DNA of 64,000 bases from positions 2,746 through 66,745 of the forward strand of contig DASRJH010000031.1 in assembly GCA_035649575.1 (NCBI GenBank). The letters are read 5' to 3'. The translations under genes were made by a program, and so were the position numbers. Within the stretch, counting starts at the first letter, position 1. Each line of letters opens with the position of its first letter. The stretch comes from Planctomycetota bacterium (GTDB lineage Bacteria; Planctomycetota; UBA1135; UBA2386). The notes under the pieces were generated by a model that was not told where the DNA came from, searched no databases, and worked only from the letters and a program-made list of their open reading frames with translations. Shown piece by piece: positions 57,379-64,000 of the stretch.

Positions 57379-58164
57379 ATGACCACGACCCCCGACCCGT
57401 TTCGCCTCGAAGGCAAGGTCGCCGCCATCACGGGCGCCGGCTCCGGCATCGGGGCCGCGATCGCGGAGCTCTTCGGCGCGCGCGGTGCCTCCGTCGCGCT
57501 GCTCGAGCTCGACGCGAGCAGCGGCGCAGCCAAGGCCGAGCAGCTGCGCAGCAAGGGCATCGAGGCGGAGTTCGTGCCGTGCGACGTGACGCAGGACACG
57601 CTGGTCGGCGCCGCGATCACGCGCGTCGTCGAGCGCTTCGAGGCACTCGACATCCTCGTCAACAACGCGGGCATCGGCCACGTCGGTTCGCTCGCGAACA
57701 CGACCGAACAGGACTTCGACCGCCTCTACGCCGTCAACGTGAAGGGCGTGTTCCTGTGCAGCAAACACGCGCTGCCGCACCTGATCTCTGCGCGCGGCGT
57801 CGTCTGCAACCTCGCCTCGATCGCGAGCCTGATCGGCATCGCGGATCGCTTCGCCTACTCGATGACGAAGGGCGCGGTGCTCACGATGACGAAATCCATC
57901 GCGCTCGACTACATGGCCCAGGGCGTGCGCTGCAACTGCATCTGCCCCGCGCGCATCCACACGCCGTTCGTCGACGGCTACCTGAAAAAGAACTACCCGG
58001 GTCAGGAGCAGCAGATGTTCAGCAAGCTCGCCGCTTACCAGCCGATGGGCCGCATGGGCACGCCGCAGGAAGTCGCCGAGATGGCGCTGTTCCTGTGCAG
58101 CGACGCGAGCCGGTTCGTCACGGGACAGGCCTTCCCGCTGGACGGCGGCAAACTCACCGGGTGA
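57379..58164 (+). CDS. Short-chain dehydrogenase/reductase (SDR)
   Basis: KVAAITGAGSGIGAA, LVNNAGI, YSMTKGAV (YxxxK), and the PGRI-type loop CPARIHTP. Confidence 0.9.
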   Translation: MTTTPDPFRLEGKVAAITGAGSGIGAAIAELFGARGASVALLELDASSGAAKAEQLRSKGIEAEFVPCDVTQDTLVGAAITRVVERFEALDILVNNAGIGHVGSLANTTEQDFDRLYAVNVKGVFLCSKHALPHLISARGVVCNLASIASLIGIADRFAYSMTKGAVLTMTKSIALDYMAQGVRCNCICPARIHTPFVDGYLKKNYPGQEQQMFSKLAAYQPMGRMGTPQEVAEMALFLCSDASRFVTGQAFPLDGGKLTG

Positions 58165-58167
58165 GGT

Positions 58168-59058
58168 ATGCAGATGCACCTGCTCCGCTACGGAAAAGCC
58201 GGCCAGGAACGTCCCGCCGTGCAGCTGCGCACCGGGCAGCGCCTCGACGTATCCTCGTTCGGCGGCGACTTCGGCCCCGCGTTCTTCGCCGAGGACGGCC
58301 AGGTACGCCTGCACGCGTTCGTGCAGCGCCACGGCAGCGCCCTGCCGGCTGTGCCGGCCGGCGCGCGGCTCGGTCCGTGCGTCGCGCGCCCGCACAAGCT
58401 GTTCTGTATCGGTCTCAACTACCGCGACCACGCGCGCGAGACCAAAGCACAGCTGCCGGCCGAGCCCGTCGTGTTCGCGAAGGCGACGTCGGCGATCTGC
58501 GGTCCCGACGACGATCTCGTGCTGCCGCGTGGCTCGCTGAAGACCGACTGGGAGGTGGAGCTGCTGGTCGTGATCGGCAAGACGGCGCGCTACGTCGACG
58601 CCGCCGACGCGATGGACCACGTCGCGGGCTACGCGCTGCACAACGACTACAGCGAACGCCACTGGCAGCTCGAACGCGGCGGCCAGTGGGTCAAGGGCAA
58701 GAGCTTCGACACGTTCGCGCCGATCGGCCCCTGTTTCGTGCCGAAGGCCCTCGTGCGCGACCCGCAGGACCTGCCGCTGTGGCTCGAGGTGAACGGACGC
58801 CGGCGCCAGGACTCGAACACGCGCGAGATGGTGTTCGGCGTCGCCGAGCTGGTCGCCTACCTGAGCCAATGCCTCACGCTCGAACCCGGTGACTGCATCA
58901 CGACCGGTACCCCGGCCGGCGTCGGTCTCGGCTGCAACCCACCCGAGTATCTGAAGGCCGGCGACGTCGTCACGCTCGGCATCGGCGAGCCGGCCGGTTT
59001 CGGCACGCAGCGGCAACGCGTCGTGCCATTCGAGTCGCCCAGAGGAATCGACCGGTGA
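58168..59058 (+). CDS. Fumarylacetoacetate hydrolase (FAH) family protein
   Basis: KLFCIGLNYRDHA, DWEVELLVVIGK, NDYSER, KSFDTFAPIGP, GDCITTGTPAGVG. Confidence 0.85.
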   Translation: MQMHLLRYGKAGQERPAVQLRTGQRLDVSSFGGDFGPAFFAEDGQVRLHAFVQRHGSALPAVPAGARLGPCVARPHKLFCIGLNYRDHARETKAQLPAEPVVFAKATSAICGPDDDLVLPRGSLKTDWEVELLVVIGKTARYVDAADAMDHVAGYALHNDYSERHWQLERGGQWVKGKSFDTFAPIGPCFVPKALVRDPQDLPLWLEVNGRRRQDSNTREMVFGVAELVAYLSQCLTLEPGDCITTGTPAGVGLGCNPPEYLKAGDVVTLGIGEPAGFGTQRQRVVPFESPRGIDR

Positions 59059-59384
59059 AACGCCACGGCTTCCGGCTCGGGCTGAAGCCCGAGTGTCTCG
59101 CGGAATACAAGCGCTACCACGTGCGGATCTGGCCCGAGATCCAGGACGCGATCGCGGCTGCCGGCATCCGCAACTACTCGATCTTCCACTTCCACGGCGA
59201 GCTGTTCGGCTACTACGAGTATGTCGGGCCGCCGGCCGAGTACGAAGCGCGCATGCGGGCTCTCGCCGACGCGCCGCGCATGCGCGAATGGTGGGACATC
59301 ATGGAAGCGATGCAGGTACCTCACCCCAGGCGCAAGCCCGGCACCTGGTGGGCCGAGATGGACGAAGTCTTCCACGTCGATTGA
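59055..59384 (+). CDS. rhaM: L-rhamnose mutarotase family protein
   Basis: GTG 59055 overlaps the upstream TGA (GTGA). KRHGFRLGLKPECLAEYKRYHVRIWPEIQDAIAAAGIRNYSIF...MREWWDIM...EVFHVD. Confidence 0.85.
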   Translation: MKRHGFRLGLKPECLAEYKRYHVRIWPEIQDAIAAAGIRNYSIFHFHGELFGYYEYVGPPAEYEARMRALADAPRMREWWDIMEAMQVPHPRRKPGTWWAEMDEVFHVD

Positions 59385-59394
59385 ACCGCACGCC

Positions 59395-60492
59395 ATGAAG
59401 ATCACGCACGTCGACACCGTCCTGCTCTCCGTGCCGCTGCAGCAGCGCACGATCACCGACAGCCAGAGCACCGTCACGCACGTCGAGTTCCTGCAGGTGA
59501 TCCTGAAGACCGACGCGGACCTCACGGGCTACGGCATGAACTGGAGCTACACGCCCGGGCTGCGCACGGCGCAGGTCGCGGTGCAGGAGAACTACGCGCC
59601 GCTGCTGGTCGGCAAGGACCCGGCCTTCCGCAAGCAGATCGTCAGGGAGTGCTTCTTCAGCAACCACTTCATCGGCCGCGTCGGCAGCACGCGCGTGGCG
59701 CTCGCGGCGGTCGAGTTCGCGCTCTGGGACCTCGCGTGCAAGCAGGCGAACCTGCCGCTGTGGCGTTACCTCGGCGCCTGCCGCGACAGGGTCAAGGCCT
59801 ACAGCACCGATGGCGGCTGGCTCTCGTGGAGCCAGGACGAACTCGTGCGCGATGCCCTGAAACTGGTCGAACGCGGCTTCGACGCGGTCAAGATCAAGCT
59901 CGGACGCGCCGATCCGCGCGAAGACCTGCGAAGAGTCGCCGCGGTGCGCAAGGCCGTCGGCGACGGCATCGACATCATGACCGACGTCAACTGCGCATGG
60001 ACGCTCGCGACGAGCAAGCAGTATGGGAGCCGGCTCGCGGACCACGACGTGAAGTGGCTGGAAGAGCCGATGAAGCCCGAGGACGTCGCGATGCACAGCG
60101 AGCTCGCGCATGCGATCACGACGCCGATTGCCGTCGGCGAGACGATCTTCACGCGCGAGGCGTTCCGCGATTACATCGCAGCAGGCGCCGTGCATTACGT
60201 GCAGGCCGACGCGACGAAGCTGCTCGGCATCGACGAGTGGCTCGAGGTCGCTGCGCTCGCGGCGAGCTACAACCTGCCCGTCGTGCCGCACACGAACGTG
60301 CAGCACAAGCTGCACGTGCAGCTCGCAGCCGCGACGCCGAACTGTGTGCTGGTCGAGAACTGCTACGAGTCGCTCAACGACATGTGGGAGGAGCCGATCT
60401 ACGTGACGAAGGGCTTCTACAACCTGCCCGAAGCGCCCGGCACCGGCCTGCGCATCCGCGACAAGGTCGTCGCTGCGCACCGCATCGGTTAG
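59395..60492 (+). CDS. Enolase-superfamily (mandelate racemase/muconate lactonizing enzyme) sugar-acid dehydratase, L-fuconate/L-rhamnonate dehydratase-like
   Basis: ATG 59395 (MKITHVDTVLLSVP). FALWDLACKQANLPLWRYLG, VKIKLG, DIMTDVNCAW, WLEEP, IAVGE, YVQAD. Confidence 0.85.
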   Translation: MKITHVDTVLLSVPLQQRTITDSQSTVTHVEFLQVILKTDADLTGYGMNWSYTPGLRTAQVAVQENYAPLLVGKDPAFRKQIVRECFFSNHFIGRVGSTRVALAAVEFALWDLACKQANLPLWRYLGACRDRVKAYSTDGGWLSWSQDELVRDALKLVERGFDAVKIKLGRADPREDLRRVAAVRKAVGDGIDIMTDVNCAWTLATSKQYGSRLADHDVKWLEEPMKPEDVAMHSELAHAITTPIAVGETIFTREAFRDYIAAGAVHYVQADATKLLGIDEWLEVAALAASYNLPVVPHTNVQHKLHVQLAAATPNCVLVENCYESLNDMWEEPIYVTKGFYNLPEAPGTGLRIRDKVVAAHRIG

Positions 60493-60603
60493 TATGGTGC
60501 AGTTCACCGCGCCGAGTGAGTCTCAGGCTCCTCGTGGTTACTTCAGGCTGTTCGCGCTGTCGACTGCGGGGATCCCATCGACCGCGCTCTGGGTGAGGCT
60601 GGA

Positions 60604-62277
60604 ATGAGCACCAAGATCGGGTTGAACTGCGTCGCTCGAGGCGGGCTGCTCGGGATGAGCCTTCTGACATGTTTGGTTTCCCAGCAGGAGCAGTGGCGGG
60701 TTTGGTCCTCCACGGACGCATACGGACTTCCGGAGCCTATTCGGGACGTCAACGGCGATGGAACGACAGACTGCATCGCGATCGTGGCGAAGAACCTGTT
60801 CTCCACGAGCACCACCAACATTGTCGTTCGCATTCACTCTGGATTGGACGGATCGATGCTCATGGAGCAGCCCGTTTGGCAATCCAGCGAACGAGTGTTT
60901 GCCATCGGCGATGTGGACGGCGACAACATCTCCGAGTTCGCCATCCAAGTGCACTGGGGCGCCGCCGCGCCGAACTGGCTCAGCGTCTACTCACCGCTGC
61001 ACGGCCAGCCCCTGTGGACCTGCACGGGATCCTTGACGACCGGCTATGGGTACTTCGGCAAGTACACGATCGGGCTGAACCTCGACAACGACACCAACCG
61101 GGAAATCGTCACGTCGACGAGTGAATACAACGACTCGCGCATCTTCGCCTACGACCACGACGGAACGCTGCTCTACACCTTCAACCTGCAGCCCCCAGCC
61201 AGCGAATGGATGCGCGGCCTCGGCAGCGTCGGCGACATCGACGGCGACGGTGCCGACGACTTCGGCGTCGGCCTGGTCGAGACCACAGGTCGCGGAGCGA
61301 TCCAACTGTACTCCGGTCGCTCCGGCAGGGCACTGCGCCGCGATCTCGGGCCGCTGCCCGGCGACGCGATCGGCAGCCAGGTCGTGGGCGTCGGTGACTT
61401 CGACCGCGACGGTGTCCCCGACTACGCCGCCAGTAGCTACCTTGGTTTCCGCGGCGTGGCAGTGATCTACTCCGGTGCCACGGGCCAGATGCTGCGCCAA
61501 TGGTCGGGCGAGCAAGGGCTCGCCGAGAAGCTCGTTGGAGGGCCCGACTTCGATCTCGATGGCGTGCCCGATGTGTTCGCGGGCGGCCCTCGCCACTTCA
61601 ACCCGACGGGCTGGACCGGCCGTATCCAGGTGCTGTCCGGCCGCGACGGTGGCCTGTTGTGGGACGAGTGGAATGCGCCATCGACGGAACTCGGTGCGCT
61701 TTACCAGCCAGATCGCGAACTCGGCACCGGCCTGGCCAACCTCGGGCCGTTGCCGGGCAACCCGTACCCGGTCGTCGTGGTGTGGGACCGCCCTTACAAG
61801 ATCATCGGCTATCAGGGCACGATCCCGATCGTTCTCCATTCGCCGCGGTTGCGCGCAATCTGCGTTGGCCTCGCGGGCACCGACGTGCAGGGCATCGGGT
61901 GCAGCAGCACGGGAGCGCCACCGCAGAACGCAGTGCGCAGCGACTCTGGCGGGCTGCGCATCACGCTGGCTGGCGCTCGTGCGAACGCACTGGCCTGGCT
62001 GCTCGTCGGCCCCCAGGGCTCCACGAGCTGGCAGGGCATCCCGCTGCCCTACGGCCTCGGTAGCTGGTCGCTACCTGGATGCTACCTGCTCGTGCCCGCC
62101 GACCTCATCTTCGCGCGCGTCACCGGCAGTGGTGGCTGGAACGAGGGCTACACACTCGTGACCGCACCCTTCACCGTCGCCACAACCGGCCTCGGCGTGG
62201 CGACGCAGTGGTTCGTGTTCAACCCGGCGACGTCCGACTATGGCATGACACCCCGACACGAACTGCGCATTCAGTGA
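60604..62277 (+). CDS. Secreted FG-GAP/VCBS-repeat (integrin-alpha-like propeller) protein with the conserved C-terminal module
   Basis: Repeats DVNGDGTTDCIAI, GDVDGDNISEFAI, GDIDGDGADDFGVG, GDFDRDGVPDYAAS and PDFDLDGVPDVFAG. The C-terminal module starts GIGC at 61891. Confidence 0.75.
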   Translation: MSTKIGLNCVARGGLLGMSLLTCLVSQQEQWRVWSSTDAYGLPEPIRDVNGDGTTDCIAIVAKNLFSTSTTNIVVRIHSGLDGSMLMEQPVWQSSERVFAIGDVDGDNISEFAIQVHWGAAAPNWLSVYSPLHGQPLWTCTGSLTTGYGYFGKYTIGLNLDNDTNREIVTSTSEYNDSRIFAYDHDGTLLYTFNLQPPASEWMRGLGSVGDIDGDGADDFGVGLVETTGRGAIQLYSGRSGRALRRDLGPLPGDAIGSQVVGVGDFDRDGVPDYAASSYLGFRGVAVIYSGATGQMLRQWSGEQGLAEKLVGGPDFDLDGVPDVFAGGPRHFNPTGWTGRIQVLSGRDGGLLWDEWNAPSTELGALYQPDRELGTGLANLGPLPGNPYPVVVVWDRPYKIIGYQGTIPIVLHSPRLRAICVGLAGTDVQGIGCSSTGAPPQNAVRSDSGGLRITLAGARANALAWLLVGPQGSTSWQGIPLPYGLGSWSLPGCYLLVPADLIFARVTGSGGWNEGYTLVTAPFTVATTGLGVATQWFVFNPATSDYGMTPRHELRIQ

Positions 62278-62296
62278 TGGACTCGCCTTCCGCGAG

Positions 62297-63064
62297 CTAG
62301 CCCATCGCCAACGCGAATGTGCGCACCTGCAGCCCGGGCGCGCGCACCGCGCACGCCGCGACGAACTCCGGCCCCGGCGAGACGTCGTGCAGCGACCAGT
62401 TCTCGGGATCCTCGCGGCCATCGCGGCACGCGAGCAGCTTCGGCGTGTCGCAGAGACTCACGTCGAACGTGTCGAGCGGCATCGAGAGGCCTTCGCCGAG
62501 CGCCTTGATGTAGGCCTCCTTGCGCGTCCAGCAGCGATAGAACGCGAGCCGCCGCGCGTCGCCCTCGAGCGCATCGAGCGCCGCAAACTCGCTCTCGGAG
62601 AAATGGCGGCGGCCGATTTCGTTCAAGCTCTCGAGGTGGCGCACCTTCTCGAGGTCGAGCCCGAGCTCGACGCCGCCGATCGCGATCAACGCGAGCTTGC
62701 CCGAGTGGGACAGGTTGAAGAACGGCCCCTCTGCGGCCAGATACGGCTTGCCACGCGGCCCGCGCCGGAACTCGATCCCGCGCGGATCCACGCCGAGGTA
62801 GCCGCCGAGTATCGCGCGCAACGCGCCGTGTCCGATCTGGAAGCGCCGCCGATGGTCGACGATGCGAAAGCGCGCGAGACGCTCGCGCTCGGCCGGCGAC
62901 AGCAGCGCATCCTGCGGCTCCGGGTCGCCGTGCAGCGGCACGGCCCAGACGTGCAGCTCGCGCACGCCCAGGGTGATGCCCGCCGCCCTGGTCGGCTGAA
63001 AGGCAGCGTAGAGCTCGACCTCATCCATGCGAACGCAGAAGCCTAACCGAGCCACGTCCGCCAC
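62297..63064 (-). CDS. 4'-phosphopantetheinyl transferase (Sfp/EntD type)
   Basis: LSPAERERLARF, RGKPYL, FNLSHSG, GLDLE, WTRKEAYIKALGEG. The start may be the internal Met at 63028. Confidence 0.85.
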   Translation of the reverse strand: MADVARLGFCVRMDEVELYAAFQPTRAAGITLGVRELHVWAVPLHGDPEPQDALLSPAERERLARFRIVDHRRRFQIGHGALRAILGGYLGVDPRGIEFRRGPRGKPYLAAEGPFFNLSHSGKLALIAIGGVELGLDLEKVRHLESLNEIGRRHFSESEFAALDALEGDARRLAFYRCWTRKEAYIKALGEGLSMPLDTFDVSLCDTPKLLACRDGREDPENWSLHDVSPGPEFVAACAVRAPGLQVRTFALAMG

Positions 63065-63105
63065 ACAGCGTCGCTGCGGAATGTCGGCCTGTCAGGATGG
63101 CTCGT

Positions 63106-64000
63106 TCAGCGGAGCGAGGCGCGGAACGGCGGCGCCGGCAGACCGTCGGCGTTCGAGAGCGAGCACCGCGGCGCCGCGGCCCAGGCGTAGCGCACGTGAA
63201 CCGGTCGTTCGACTCCCGCTGCTTGCAGTTCGATGCCCCCCCCGTGGACCTTGGCCACCGCGGGCACGTAGCGGCCGTCTTCGCCGGCGAGCTCGAAACC
63301 TTCGCCGCCCGGCGCGAGCACGAGCGCACTGCCACCCGTGTCGAACAGCAGCTGCATGCGGCCCCCGTCAGTCCGCTGCAGACCCGTGAGACGCGGCCCG
63401 CGCCACGCGATGGCTTCCTTGTAGTGGCCCGCCAGCGCCAGCCTCGCGAGACGCTGCCCGACCGGCTTCTTGTCCACGGGATGGATGTCGGCCGGATCGC
63501 CGCAATCGAGCGTGACGGCCATTCCGGTCTGCGGCAGCTCGAGGGCTTTCGCCTGCGCCTCGCGCAGCCGAGCGGTCTTGTCGCCCTCGTCGTTCTCATA
63601 TCCGAACGGCGCGATCTGCACGAAGTAGAACGGCAGCTCGCGGTCGAAGCGCACACGCCAGTCGCTGATCATCGCGGGGAACAGACGCGCGTATCGTTCG
63701 GCGTTGTTGCGGTTCGCTTCGCCCTGATACCACAACACTCCCGTGAACGGGAACGCGGTCAGCGGCGCGATCATGCCGTTCCACAACACCGACGGGCGAT
63801 TCGGACTGTTGTCGTCGGGAGGCAATGGCGGCAGGTCGCGCATCGCGGGTCCGACGCGGCGTTGCCACTCGCCGGCGAGCCCGAGACTCTGCGCATGGTC
63901 CTTCACCTGCACGAGACGCAGGTCGGCCGCGGCTGACCTCCAGCCACCGTCGCCGCCCCGGTCGACGACGCGCACACGCAGCACGGCTGTCGCCGCATCC
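63106..64000 (-). CDS. Sialate O-acetylesterase-like (SASA/DUF303) protein, 5' end outside the window
   Basis: PSVLWNGMIAPLTAFPFTGVLWYQGEANRNNAERYARLFPAMISDWRVRF..LPFYFVQIAPF is the SASA family core. The frame stays open from 63984 to 64000, and the family normally has a longer N-terminus. Confidence 0.75.
   Translation of the reverse strand, partial: DAATAVLRVRVVDRGGDGGWRSAAADLRLVQVKDHAQSLGLAGEWQRRVGPAMRDLPPLPPDDNSPNRPSVLWNGMIAPLTAFPFTGVLWYQGEANRNNAERYARLFPAMISDWRVRFDRELPFYFVQIAPFGYENDEGDKTARLREAQAKALELPQTGMAVTLDCGDPADIHPVDKKPVGQRLARLALAGHYKEAIAWRGPRLTGLQRTDGGRMQLLFDTGGSALVLAPGGEGFELAGEDGRYVPAVAKVHGGGIELQAAGVERPVHVRYAWAAAPRCSLSNADGLPAPPFRASLR

Overview
High-GC (roughly 68-70% by eye) bacterial chromosomal segment. 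I support about 55 protein-coding genes and recognise no rRNA, tRNA or CRISPR array. The gene content (prenyltransferase/squalene-oxidase-repeat protein, BatA-like VWA protein, NPCBM domain, CxxCH plus copper-monooxygenase-like protein, two groEL copies, many secreted propeller proteins) suggests a Planctomycetota-like or similar environmental lineage. That is inference only.

All domain calls come from reading motifs in the translations; no database search was possible. The supplied ORF track writes GTG/TTG starts as M (for example 28 and 63984 are GTG) and takes the longest ORF, so many true starts lie downstream of the listed ones. Most Arg/Pro-rich ORFs in the track are antisense or off-frame shadows typical of high-GC DNA.

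Main points:
1. A ~6.2 kb integrase-bearing element sits in the 3' end of an rlmD/rumA-type methyltransferase gene, bounded by a perfect 28-bp direct repeat (4657-4684 and 10842-10869).
2. Its cargo includes a three-gene operon chained by two ATGA stop/start overlaps: a Phd/YefM-like antitoxin, a 49-aa HTH protein, and a zinc-ribbon protein with a nucleoside-2-deoxyribosyltransferase-like C-terminal domain. This is my best candidate for an undescribed toxin-antitoxin or defence-type system.
3. The same element carries a markedly low-GC gene for a secreted beta-helix plus tectonin-like propeller protein.
4. An ECF sigma factor is fused in frame to a TM helix and a large extracytoplasmic repeat region. 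This gene is missing from the ORF track because it runs off the left edge.
5. A ~128-aa C-terminal module is shared by three otherwise unrelated secreted proteins.
6. Other items: a groEL-groES-groEL-dnaJ-grpE-fmdB chaperone operon without dnaK, an AbiEii-type nucleotidyltransferase pair, a MoaD-MoaE fusion, a malic-enzyme pseudogene with a large internal deletion, a non-phosphorylative L-fucose-type sugar-acid cluster, and a four-copy intergenic repeat array.
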